In this document: piece after piece, positions 35,136-44,005 of the stretch
Layout: each line of letters begins with the position of its first letter
Numbering within the stretch: the stretch's first letter is position 1
Source: Acidimicrobiaceae bacterium
GTDB taxonomy: Bacteria; Actinomycetota; Acidimicrobiia; Acidimicrobiales; Aldehydirespiratoraceae
Length of the DNA: 64,000 nucleotides
Direction of reading: 5' to 3'
NCBI GenBank assembly: GCA_026706815.1
Contig: JAPOYA010000017.1
Coordinates: 4,101 to 68,100 of the forward strand
The notes under the pieces: model-generated
Databases searched by the model: none
What the model saw: only the letters and a program-made list of their open reading frames with translations
Told to the model about the DNA's origin: nothing
Translations under genes and position numbers: made by a program

Positions 35136-36380
35136 TCAGGCCCGCACGGCTCCGTAGGGATCGGCTTCGTCGCGGGTCGGGCGCGCGCTGCGGATCTGCG
35201 ACCAGATGTCAGCGAGTTCTTTGGAGCGTTGATATCGCCTTCCTCGCTTGTCGCCGATGGGGGTCAGCAAACCGGCTTCTACCATTGCCTGAAGATCGCG
35301 TGAAGCCATGCCGTCGCTGATCGGACGTCCGTCATCCGCTTCTGTTCGCATGAGGTACAGCGACCGCCGCAGGGTCCACCCGCGGGCTGTGTCGCACAGT
35401 GTGTCGACGGCCCGCTCGGGTATGCCCCGCTTTTGAGCGAGCTGGCTGCACACATCCCAGAGCATCTCGAATTCGAGCACTCGGCGCAGCACGGTGCGAG
35501 CCTGATGAGAATGCGCTGTCAGACAGAACTGGATCCAAGGTCGCGCGGTTCTCTCCGGTGACCACTGGCCGTCCGCCACGGCGTTCAGCGCTGCGTAGTA
35601 CTCCAGTGTGTTGCGTCCGAGGTACTCCTCGATGCTGAGGAACTCAGGCGCGACCGGGCCATCGTCTCGAACGGCAGCTGCGGCGAGCGCCAAAGTCTGC
35701 ACGCAACGCGCCATGCGACCGTTGCCGTCACTGAACGGGTGAATCAACACCAGATTGAGGTGCGCCATGGCCGCGGCGACCATCGGGGGCACTGTGTCGT
35801 CAGCAGCGAGAGTCGCGCACTGTTCAAAGAACTCTCCGAGCAGCGCGTCGATCTCATCGCGCCCGGGCGCGTCGTACACGGATTCGCCGTCGGAATCTGC
35901 CACCCAGATCGCCCCAGGACGCAATTGCCCGGGATTGTGCGCAAGGTCGTGTCTGATCATCATGAAGTGCAGCGCCCGAAGTGTGGGAAGGTCGATCGGC
36001 GTCGAGGGCGACGGTGATTCAATGCCGACGGCAGCTTGTGTCGCCGGTTCGGGGATCAGGCTCCTCGGTGACACGCCGGCGGCTAGTTGCAGTGCGTAGG
36101 TCATAGCGTCCCGGTATCCCGAGATCGCGCTGATGGTGTCTTTGGAGAGATCAGCAGTCGGTTCGTCGTTGTCGATTACAGCAGCTGCATCCTCAACGCT
36201 CGCGTGGTAGCCCTCGATTGAGTTCGAGCCCTGGACAGCGCGTGCGAATTGAGCGCGCCGAAGAGTGCCGTACCAACGCCGTCGCATGCGGAGATACGGC
36301 CGGAGCTGTTCGCGCAACCGCTCGATTTCGTCGACGACTGCGGTGTCTCTGTCCGTCAGGTCGGGCACTCGGTAAATCAC
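35136..36380 (-). CDS. Fic-family protein (AMPylase-type) with C-terminal winged-helix region
   Basis: Fic motif HPFSDGNGRMAR. The N-terminal SNSIEG fits the S/TxxxE(G/N) auto-inhibitory helix motif. Confidence 0.85.
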   Translation of the reverse strand: MIYRVPDLTDRDTAVVDEIERLREQLRPYLRMRRRWYGTLRRAQFARAVQGSNSIEGYHASVEDAAAVIDNDEPTADLSKDTISAISGYRDAMTYALQLAAGVSPRSLIPEPATQAAVGIESPSPSTPIDLPTLRALHFMMIRHDLAHNPGQLRPGAIWVADSDGESVYDAPGRDEIDALLGEFFEQCATLAADDTVPPMVAAAMAHLNLVLIHPFSDGNGRMARCVQTLALAAAAVRDDGPVAPEFLSIEEYLGRNTLEYYAALNAVADGQWSPERTARPWIQFCLTAHSHQARTVLRRVLEFEMLWDVCSQLAQKRGIPERAVDTLCDTARGWTLRRSLYLMRTEADDGRPISDGMASRDLQAMVEAGLLTPIGDKRGRRYQRSKELADIWSQIRSARPTRDEADPYGAVRA

Positions 36381-36506
36381 ACGCGCGATACTACCAATCT
36401 ATTCATCGCTATGCAATAAATAATAATCACTATACGCCGTCATAGGTGACACGGGGCACATTGGACACGCTGGAGTTCCCGTCGGCTATTTCGGGTTGTC
36501 GATACG

Positions 36507-36593
36507 CGGAAGGTATGGGATTCGAACCCATGGTGACCCGGAGGCCACAACGGCTTTCGAGGCCGCCCCATTCGTCCGCTCTGGCAACCTTCC
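36507..36593 (-). tRNA. tRNA-Ser (anticodon CGA)
   Basis: Reverse complement GGAAGGTTGCCAGAGCGGACGAATGGGGCGGCCTCGAAAGCCGTTGTGGCCTCCGGGTCACCATGGGTTCGAATCCCATACCTTCCG. It has a long variable arm, and the anticodon loop is CTCGAAA. Confidence 0.9.
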
Positions 36594-36666
36594 ACCACAG
36601 AGGCTACCGCAGCGCGATCCGCCCAACACCCGCGCACTGTTGCCCGGCGAGTCCGGCGAACCGAGA

Positions 36667-37470
36667 TCAGTAAAGATCCGATGAGCCGCCCGATGCACCC
36701 TCGCCGCGGGCCAGAGCAAGTTCGGCCTGTATCCCCATGCGCATCGCCAGCAGATCGGTGGTCACGGTGACCATGCGGAACCCGGCGGCTGTCCGCTTGG
36801 GCGTCAGCGCCCCCGTCGATTGGATGCCGGCGATGATGTTGTGAGCCGCGCAGCGTTCGAGGATGAAGCTGAGCGCCTCGTCGAAGACCTTCTCTCCGTC
36901 GTTGTTGCCCGGAGGCAGACCGAGAGTGATCGACAGGTCCGCCGGCCCGACATAGATCGCATCGATGTCGGGCACCGCAAGAATCTCGTCGAGGTTGGAG
37001 AGCGCTTCGGCCGTTTCGATCATCGGAATGCAGGCCACATTGCCTGGTTCCCACTTGAAGTAGTCGTGGCGCAGACCGGCCACGGTCGGACCCCAACTGC
37101 GCACACCGCGAGGGGCGTAGCGGCATGCGGTCGCGGCCTGCTCAGCCTCGGCGACCGTGTTGACCATGGGGATTATCACCCCGTGGGCCCCGGCGTCGAG
37201 AGACTTGCCGATAATGCCGGGCTCGTTGCGGGGAACCCGCACGATTGGGCTTGACCCACCCAACAAGATGGCCTGGATCATCGACACCGAGTCGGCAAAG
37301 TCGAGCGGACCGTGCTGGGTGTCGACGCAGACATAGTCGAAACCGCATCGCGCTGTGGCTTCGGCCGTCACCGTGCTGGGGACGGCCAACCAACCACCGA
37401 GAGTTGTTCTGCCTTCCCGCCATCGGTCGCAAATGTTGGTAACCGTCATGAGCATGGGTCTATCAGCCAC
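36667..37470 (-). CDS. HpcH/HpaI-family aldolase
   Basis: GGWLAVPSTVTAEATARCGFDYVCVDTQHG, IVRVP, and PMIETAEAL as the metal-binding ExE/D region. Confidence 0.85.
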   Translation of the reverse strand: MADRPMLMTVTNICDRWREGRTTLGGWLAVPSTVTAEATARCGFDYVCVDTQHGPLDFADSVSMIQAILLGGSSPIVRVPRNEPGIIGKSLDAGAHGVIIPMVNTVAEAEQAATACRYAPRGVRSWGPTVAGLRHDYFKWEPGNVACIPMIETAEALSNLDEILAVPDIDAIYVGPADLSITLGLPPGNNDGEKVFDEALSFILERCAAHNIIAGIQSTGALTPKRTAAGFRMVTVTTDLLAMRMGIQAELALARGEGASGGSSDLY

Positions 37471-37539
37471 GGCGTGACTTCATACGGGTCCGCGCCGACA
37501 CCGGTGCAATACTGAGCTTATGGGGAGCGTTGATCGGCC

Positions 37540-38895
37540 ATGACAATCGTGCGGGGCACCGTGGTCACGATGAATCCCGGCAGGGAGATCATCGGCGACG
37601 GTGCGGTTGTCATTGCCGGAGAAACCATCGCCGCGGTCGGCGGCTTCGCCGAAATGAGGGCGGCTCACCCCGACGAGAGTGTCTCGGGCCGCGAAGGCGA
37701 CCTGGTCCTGCCGGGCTACGTCAACGGACATCAGCATCTGACCGGCGACCGGCTGATCCAATCATCGATTCCCGATGATCTGCCTCCCGGTGAGGCGATT
37801 TTCTCTTGGGTGGTGCCGGTCCACGGCGAGCACGGTCCCGATGACGACGAACTCTCGGCCACGCTCACTCTCGCCGAGTCGCTGTGCAACGGCATCACCA
37901 CAACGTTCGAGGCGGGGACCGTCGCTCATCCGGACCGGGTTGTGGCTGCTGCTCAGACCGTGGGCGCCCGAGTGACGGTGGGCACTTGGGGATGGGACAT
38001 CGACGAAGGGCCGTATGCGGGCCCGGTCGATGAGGTGATCGAGCGCCAACGAGCCGCTTTGGATCTGGCGGACGGGTCTCGGGCGTCGGCTTGGGTGAGC
38101 CTTGTCGGGCATGACCTGATGTCCGATGAACTGGTCGTGGCGGCGAGCGAACTGGCCCGCACGCGGGGGGTCGGCCTGACCTTTCATCTGTCGCCGACCT
38201 CCAGCGACGTCGACGGCTATCTCGCTAGAACCGGCGTGCGGCCAGTGGTCCACCTAGCGGCGCTGGGTGTCCTGGGTCCTCATGTGGCGATTGCCCATGG
38301 GGTGCATCTCGATTCGCAGGAAGTGGCGTTGCTGGTAGACCACGGGGTTGCGGTCGTTTCGTGTCCGTGGGCCTACCTGCGTCTCGGTCAGGGCGTGACC
38401 CGTGAGTTCCGCCATCTGGATCTGTGGCGCGAGGGCGGCCGTCTGGCTTTGGGTTGCGACGCCGAGAACGCAGGCGACATGGTCGACGGAATCCGCACCG
38501 CGGCGTTGTTCGCGGGGTTGGCGAAGGACGCGGCGGTCGACCCGACGATCTTCGGAGCTCACGACGCTCTCGAACTGCTCACCATTGCGGGGGCGGAGGC
38601 TCTCGGCATGTCCGACCAGATCGGTTCGCTCGAGGCAGGCAAGCAAGCCGACATCGTGGTTCACGACCGGTCCCGGATCGAGTGGATCCCCCAGAGCCCT
38701 GATCCGGTGCTGCAACTCATCTGGGGCAGCGACGGCCGATCGGTGAGAGACGTATACGTAGCGGGCGAACTCGTAGTCGCAGACGGCCGAGCGCAGACCG
38801 TCGATGTCGCGCTGGCTGAAGAAGCCCAAAACGCCGGCCGCTCGCTGCGGACCCGCGGCGGCATCAAAACAACCTCCCGCTGGCCGATCAGTTGA
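37540..38895 (+). CDS. Amidohydrolase-superfamily deaminase/hydrolase (TRZ/ATZ, guanine-deaminase-like)
   Basis: LPGYVNGHQHL is the HxH metal site, followed by AHGVHL and GCDAEN. Confidence 0.8.
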   Translation: MTIVRGTVVTMNPGREIIGDGAVVIAGETIAAVGGFAEMRAAHPDESVSGREGDLVLPGYVNGHQHLTGDRLIQSSIPDDLPPGEAIFSWVVPVHGEHGPDDDELSATLTLAESLCNGITTTFEAGTVAHPDRVVAAAQTVGARVTVGTWGWDIDEGPYAGPVDEVIERQRAALDLADGSRASAWVSLVGHDLMSDELVVAASELARTRGVGLTFHLSPTSSDVDGYLARTGVRPVVHLAALGVLGPHVAIAHGVHLDSQEVALLVDHGVAVVSCPWAYLRLGQGVTREFRHLDLWREGGRLALGCDAENAGDMVDGIRTAALFAGLAKDAAVDPTIFGAHDALELLTIAGAEALGMSDQIGSLEAGKQADIVVHDRSRIEWIPQSPDPVLQLIWGSDGRSVRDVYVAGELVVADGRAQTVDVALAEEAQNAGRSLRTRGGIKTTSRWPIS

Positions 38896-39093
38896 CCTGT
38901 TGGATCCGACTCAATTCGATTCGAACAGCACGCAGGTGTCAGCAAAGGTTCTCATCTGAAGACGCTCGTCTTCGGTGCAGTTCATCGCGGGTCGGATATC
39001 GCTGGCCGGGTGTTCCCAGCGGTCGTGGCTTCCGTCTCAAATACGACTGCTGGGCGCGTTCGCAGGAGTCGCGTTCTGTCATCAGGTCAAAGC

Positions 39094-40482
39094 CTACAGC
39101 ACGGGCCATTTGGCCTTGTCGGGGAGGCCGGAGCGGATCGTGATCGCTTCGCCGGCGAGCTGGGCTTGGGCGTAGAGGGCCTGTTCGTCGATGGTTGTCA
39201 TCTGCCCGTTCTCCACCACCTTGGTGCCGTCGACGACGACCGTGTGCACACCGCGCCCGTCGGCCGACCAAACAAGTTGGTTGGCGACGTTGAGCAGCGG
39301 TCGCCACTCGGGCCGGTCGGTGTCGTGCAACACGACATCGGCCAGTTTGCCGACCTCGAGCGAGCCGATCTCATCGGACATCTGCATCAACTCGGCCCCG
39401 CCTATGGTCGCCATCTCATAAGCCTTCTCCGCGGGGAACATCTGCGGGTCCTGACGCCCGTCCTTGAACAGTCCGGCCACCAAGTAGGTGGCGCGCATCA
39501 GGTCGGAATAGTTCGAGGCGTTGTTGCCGTCGGTGCCGATGCCGAGGTTGATCCCGGACTGCACCATCTCGGGCATCCTGCCGACCTGGGTCACCCCGTA
39601 ACTGACCTTGAGCGCCGTGGTCGGGCAATGGGCGACATGCACGCCCGTCTCGGCCATGATCTGGATCTCGTTGTCGTCCACCTGCACGCAATGGGTCATG
39701 GCCACATCGGGACCGAGCACCCCGAGCTGCGCCAAATGCACCATGGGCCGGTGCCCGAACTCGGCCACGAAGCCCTCAGGATCGAGCTTCGCGGGCGACA
39801 TGTGAAAGCTCAGCCCGACATCGTGCTCGGTGGCCAATTCCCGGGCGGCCCGCCAGAGCGGATCGGAGCAGGTGGTATGCCCCACGAGCAGCGACCAAGC
39901 GCTGATGCGGTTCTCGGCCGCGGCGGGGTGGCGCTCGAGTTGTTGTTGCAGGTTGGCGATGGCTTGGTCGGTGTCTTGTTTGTAGACGTCGGGTTCTGGT
40001 GGCAGGTCCCAGACCCATTGGCCCACTCTCCCCCGGATCCCGACTTCTTCGAGGCCGTCGACTACTTCGTCGAGGAATCGGATCGTGCCCGCCTCCAGAA
40101 AGGTCGTGGTGCCGGATTTGAGCATTTCGGTCGCCGCGAGCTGGGCGGACAGCCGTTCTTCGGCAGCGTTGTACATGGAGTACAGCGGGCACAGCCACAT
40201 GAAGACGTTCTCTTCAAAGGGCGTGTCGTCGGGGACATAGCCGCGGGTCAGGGGTTCGCCGGTGATGTGGATGTGGGAGTTGACCATGCCCGGAGTGACC
40301 ACGAAACGGTCGCCTCCGATGGTCTCGGCTGGGTGATATCGCGTCTCGAGTCGGCTGGCCTTGCCGACAGCTACGATCTCGCGCCCACGGACCGCCACGG
40401 CGCCGTCGTGAATGATGTCACGGGTCTGGTTCATGGTGACGACGTAGTTGCCTTTGATCAGCAGGTCGATGTTCTCGGTCAC
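39094..40482 (-). CDS. Amidohydrolase-superfamily deaminase/hydrolase (paralogue-like of 37540-38895)
   Basis: TPGMVNSHIHITGE, MTHCVQV, GIGTDGNN. Confidence 0.8.
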   Translation of the reverse strand: MTENIDLLIKGNYVVTMNQTRDIIHDGAVAVRGREIVAVGKASRLETRYHPAETIGGDRFVVTPGMVNSHIHITGEPLTRGYVPDDTPFEENVFMWLCPLYSMYNAAEERLSAQLAATEMLKSGTTTFLEAGTIRFLDEVVDGLEEVGIRGRVGQWVWDLPPEPDVYKQDTDQAIANLQQQLERHPAAAENRISAWSLLVGHTTCSDPLWRAARELATEHDVGLSFHMSPAKLDPEGFVAEFGHRPMVHLAQLGVLGPDVAMTHCVQVDDNEIQIMAETGVHVAHCPTTALKVSYGVTQVGRMPEMVQSGINLGIGTDGNNASNYSDLMRATYLVAGLFKDGRQDPQMFPAEKAYEMATIGGAELMQMSDEIGSLEVGKLADVVLHDTDRPEWRPLLNVANQLVWSADGRGVHTVVVDGTKVVENGQMTTIDEQALYAQAQLAGEAITIRSGLPDKAKWPVL

Positions 40483-40579
40483 GGCTTCAACGTAGTTGGG
40501 TTGAGTTGTGTCCGTCAGACTCGCCGTTCAGATCGACCGCAGTAGCTTCAGTGTCGAGTCGACGGTCGAGGAGGACGAC

Positions 40580-40761
40580 ATGCAGATCCGGCGAGTCTCG
40601 GGTGCGTTGGGCGCGGAGATCACCGGCAGAACGGTGACCTTGCCATATGGGACGAACGCTCAACGCTGCACCGCGCGGCAGCCGACCACTTTCCCCAACG
40701 CCGTATTGTCCGCCGCCTTGAGATTGACGGCGACCACCCCTACCTCGACCCGACCGGTTGA
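40580..40761 (+). pseudogene. TauD/TfdA-family dioxygenase remnant: N-terminal 16 codons joined out of frame to the C-terminal ~42 codons
   Basis: Frame A from ATG 40580 (after GAGGAGGA): MQIRRVSGALGAEITG. Frame B from about 40633: GDLAIWDERSTLHRAAADHFPQRRIVRRLEIDGDHPYLDPTG*, stopping at 40759-40761. Confidence 0.7.
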
Positions 40762-40844
40762 CACCTGCAATCACCGTTGACAAACGACAACGCAATAATA
40801 CACTTATGTTGCATAACCCCTCTCCTCCTTCGTGGGGAGAGCTC

Positions 40845-40870
40845 GAGGCCCACCCTCAGGGGTGGGCCTC
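40845..40870 (-). terminator. Perfect 11-bp-stem hairpin (gaggcccaccc-tcag-gggtgggcctc) enclosing the NYN gene stop codon
   Basis: Read directly. There is no clear U-tract after it on the minus strand. Confidence 0.4.
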
Positions 40871-41581
40871 TGTACCTTTCTTCCAAACCTTGGGACGTTC
40901 CACGTAGCCTTTCGCTAGAGCCACCCGATCCTGCATCTGGCAAGAAGGGACTATTTCCCTCCGGAGTGGCCGAGCGCTTGTTGCTTCCCTCTGCAATTCC
41001 CGGTTTACGGACGTGGCAGGGCTAATCACATCGACGGTGTGACCAGCCTCCACGACGAGCTTGACCGCAATCTTGAGGTCGCCATCGTTGGTCACCAGGA
41101 TGGCGCGGTCACAAGCCTTGGTATGGAAGTCGTTGACAAGATGTGTGGCCATAGCAACATCCGTGAACTTTTCTTCTGGAATCTGCACGCGGACCTTGAG
41201 TGGTCGGTTAGAGCGAGCTTCGTTCCGGTCGAGCATCCAGGCAGTTAGTCGGCGTGGCGAGGGGCGAAGCCGGTCTTGCCAGGGCAGGTTTGGAGCGATT
41301 GCTCGCCACTTCGGCGCCACCTGGAACTTCCCTTCGAACACTTCGACGCCGGGGGTTGCCTGGATCGCTCTGATCAACACGCGATGCCGTCCGGGTGCTT
41401 TGGCGTCTTCAGATGCGCTCGATGAGATCTGCGCAGTGAAGTACTTCACGGTTACGAGCTGGTCGCTGGCAGATATCAACTTTCTGCCGAACGCTGCCAG
41501 ATCAAGCCACTTAAAGTCTGTGTTCTTTAGGGCGTTGTAATAGAGGTTCAAACCGTCTACGTAAACGATTGTTCTGTTCAT
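40856..41581 (-). CDS. NYN-domain (LabA/DUF88-like, PIN-like RNase fold) protein
   Basis: TIVYVDGLNLYY...KYF..., EKFTDVAMATHLVNDF, AILVTNDGDL. Visibly lower G+C than the flanks. Confidence 0.8.
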   Translation of the reverse strand: MNRTIVYVDGLNLYYNALKNTDFKWLDLAAFGRKLISASDQLVTVKYFTAQISSSASEDAKAPGRHRVLIRAIQATPGVEVFEGKFQVAPKWRAIAPNLPWQDRLRPSPRRLTAWMLDRNEARSNRPLKVRVQIPEEKFTDVAMATHLVNDFHTKACDRAILVTNDGDLKIAVKLVVEAGHTVDVISPATSVNRELQREATSARPLRREIVPSCQMQDRVALAKGYVERPKVWKKGTEAHP

Positions 41582-41636
41582 AGCGTTGAATCATGTCACA
41601 CGCTTTTTGCAAACCCCGCGAACAACCGTGCTCACG

Positions 41637-43175
41637 TCAGGTCGGTTCGGGGAAGCGAAATCGTGGACCTGCTTCGGCCCAGTCCATGTTGTCGCGGACG
41701 TATTCGCTGGCACCGTCGCGCACGGGTGTGAAGTCCCAGGAGTAGTGGCCGTCGATGGTCATCGCTGCGTGGAGCATCCAGCGGCTCCGCTGGGAGGCCA
41801 GAACCCGCTCCCGGATGGCATTGCTGTCCCAACGCTGGGCGGTCTCTGCGGCGAAGCTTGCGGCTAGTTCGGTGTGAGCTGGGTCGTCGGTGAGGTTGTT
41901 GCGTTCGAGGGGGTCGGCCTCGATGTCGTACAGCAGTGCGGGATCACTGTCGCAGTGGATGTACTTGTGTCGGCCTCGGCGGATCATGAACATCGGGTGG
42001 GAGGTCATTTCACCGGTGTATTCGGCGATGGTCTCGTCTATGGGGTCGTGCCCGCCGGTTGCGCTCTCCCACAGGCTTCGCCCGGCCAATGGAATGACCG
42101 GTTCGATGCGGCCGTTGCCGCTGCTGGCATTGTCAGATGAGGTGCCGGCAAGCGAGATGTCGAGCAGGGTGGGCAGCAGGTCCATGAGTGAGCAGACGTT
42201 GCCGACCGTGCGGTTGGCCACGCCGGGACCGGCCATGATCAGCGGCACCCGCAGAGACCGTTCAAAGAAGCTCATCTTGAACCACAGTCCCCGGTCGCCG
42301 AGCATGTCGCCGTGGTCGCTGGTGGCGATCACAATCGTGTTGTCGAGCTGTCCGGTCTCTTCGAGGACTTTGACCATCTGCCCCAGCCAGGAGTCGAAAT
42401 AGCTGGTGTTGGCGTAGTAGCCGTGACGGGCGTTGCGGCATTGCTCGTCGGTGTAGCCGATGGTGTCGGCCTGGATGCCGTGACGGATCCTCAACGTGTG
42501 GGGGTCCGGTGAATCGAACCCGTCTGGAAGGTCGATGTCGTCGTGGTCGTAGAGATCCCACCATGCAGGTCGGGCCACGTAGGGATCGTGGGGGTGGATC
42601 AGCGCTGCTGTCATATACCACGGTCGTTCGTCGGCTTCACGGGCGAAGTCGTAGAGCTGGCGTGTCGTCGAGAATCCGACTTCTTCGTCGTAGTCGATCT
42701 GGTAGGTGGCCAGCGCTTGACCCGCCTCCGACAGGCTGTCCATGTTGTGGTACCACTTGTCGATCCTGTCGTCGGCCTGGTCCCAGTTGGGCGTCCAGGC
42801 GAAATCGGCGGGGTAGACGTCGGTGTTGAGACGGCGGGTGAAACCATGGAGTTGGTCAGGGCCGATGAAGTGCATCTTCCCGGCCAGCACTGTGCGGTAG
42901 CCGGCGAGGTTGAGATAGTGGGCCATTGTCGGCACCCGCGCCGGGAACTCGGCGGCGTTGTCCCAAGCGTCTATGGCCGTGGCCGGTTGACCCGATAGCA
43001 TCGAGAACCGGGACGGTGCGCATAGGGGGAAGCTGCAGTACGCCGCGTCGAACCGCGTGCCCCGTTCGGCGAGGGCGTCCATCGCCGGTGTGCGAACCAA
43101 TCGATGGCCGTAGGCACCGGTGAAATGCGGTGCCAACTGATCAGCCATCACCATCAGAATGTTGGGCTGTCTCAT
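41637..43175 (-). CDS. Choline-sulfatase / arylsulfatase family
   Basis: NILMVMADQL, and CAPSRFSMLSGQ as the C-x-P-x-R formylglycine motif; 512 aa. Confidence 0.85.
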   Translation of the reverse strand: MRQPNILMVMADQLAPHFTGAYGHRLVRTPAMDALAERGTRFDAAYCSFPLCAPSRFSMLSGQPATAIDAWDNAAEFPARVPTMAHYLNLAGYRTVLAGKMHFIGPDQLHGFTRRLNTDVYPADFAWTPNWDQADDRIDKWYHNMDSLSEAGQALATYQIDYDEEVGFSTTRQLYDFAREADERPWYMTAALIHPHDPYVARPAWWDLYDHDDIDLPDGFDSPDPHTLRIRHGIQADTIGYTDEQCRNARHGYYANTSYFDSWLGQMVKVLEETGQLDNTIVIATSDHGDMLGDRGLWFKMSFFERSLRVPLIMAGPGVANRTVGNVCSLMDLLPTLLDISLAGTSSDNASSGNGRIEPVIPLAGRSLWESATGGHDPIDETIAEYTGEMTSHPMFMIRRGRHKYIHCDSDPALLYDIEADPLERNNLTDDPAHTELAASFAAETAQRWDSNAIRERVLASQRSRWMLHAAMTIDGHYSWDFTPVRDGASEYVRDNMDWAEAGPRFRFPEPT

Positions 43176-43386
43176 ACCCAGCGACGCTACTACTCAGCGC
43201 CCCCGGCAACTGCTCTATCCTCCGGCAGTGGGGACCATCGCCCCCATATCCGCCACAGACGTTCTTAGCCGGATGCGAGCGTGGTTGCTGCAGAGCGCGA
43301 TGAGCGCGGCGCTGCTCTGCTCGTCAGCGATTCGAGCACACCCTCTCCTGTATCCGCATGAACGGCGGCTTACCGGACTCTCCAAG

Positions 43387-43405
43387 TGGTCAGACCATAA
43401 GACCA
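43387..43405. promoter_or_regulatory. TGGTCAGACCA palindromic box (plus taagacca) in the sulfatase / VOC divergent region
   Basis: It has the same 11-mer core as the boxes at 59700 and 62439, with one centre-base difference from the box at 62390. It lies 39 nt upstream of the VOC start. Confidence 0.4.
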
Positions 43406-43443
43406 CGGCTATTGTCGCTACGCAACCAGATCAGAGGGGAACC

Positions 43444-43971
43444 ATGACCTATCCGAACACGCTCGTATTCGTCGACTTTCCGTCAGACGATGTTGACGCC
43501 GCCCACGCCTTCTACGCCGAAGTGTTCAACTGGGAGATCGAAGAACGCATCCCCGGCCTCTTCCACCGCATCGTGCCCGGGCAGAACTTCAAGGTCGACG
43601 ACGGATCGCAGGGCCCGACCGGGAACCTCCACATGGGCCTTTCCAACGCCGCCAACATGCGGCCCCACCCCGACGCCGAACCGACCGCGCCCACCAACAT
43701 GAACCCGGGGGGCCGCGCCATCCGCGCCTGGATATTGGTGAGCGACGACGATTCGTTCGACCGCATCCTGGCCGCAGCCGAGCGTCTCGGGGGCACGATT
43801 TTGTGGCGCGACCACTTCTGGACCGAGTTCGGCGGCGCCAACGCCTCCTTCCTCGACCCGTGGGGCAACCAGCTCATGCTCTGGCAGCACCTCCCCGACG
43901 CAGAACAAGACGACGACACCCATCAGGTGGTCGGCGAGTTCAGCGTCCCCGAAGGTTGGACCGTCGAATAG
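43444..43971 (+). CDS. VOC (glyoxalase/bleomycin-resistance/dioxygenase) family protein
   Basis: LVFVDFPSDDVDAAHAFYAEVFNWE...ASFLDPWGNQLMLWQ. Start trimmed to ATG 43444, after agagggga. Confidence 0.7.
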   Translation: MTYPNTLVFVDFPSDDVDAAHAFYAEVFNWEIEERIPGLFHRIVPGQNFKVDDGSQGPTGNLHMGLSNAANMRPHPDAEPTAPTNMNPGGRAIRAWILVSDDDSFDRILAAAERLGGTILWRDHFWTEFGGANASFLDPWGNQLMLWQHLPDAEQDDDTHQVVGEFSVPEGWTVE

Positions 43972-44005
43972 AGCAGTCCGTTGCCTGAGCCCAGAGCTCC
44001 GAGCC

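Noticed and set aside
33363-36506. A single large tRNA-Ser-anchored island covering vapBC, the class IV aminotransferase and Fic
   Set aside because: I found no repeat of the tRNA-Ser 3' segment and no integrase. The aminotransferase and Fic genes look native in composition. I treat vapBC and Fic as separate observations only.
36440-37126. 228-aa minus-strand ORF running across tRNA-Ser into the aldolase gene
   Set aside because: It overlaps a clear tRNA and the motif-bearing HpcH/HpaI frame.
38896-39093. Small ORF or terminator in the 198-bp gap between the convergent amidohydrolase genes (hairpin gaagacg-ct-cgtcttc)
   Set aside because: The ORF (part of 38939-39307) is Arg-rich and lacks an RBS. 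The hairpin has a tiny loop and no U-tract. The evidence is insufficient for a feature.
39010-40545. 511-aa plus-strand ORF
   Set aside because: It is antisense to the amidohydrolase at 39094-40482, which has HxH and other family motifs. The composition (G/V/H/D/R-rich) is not protein-like.
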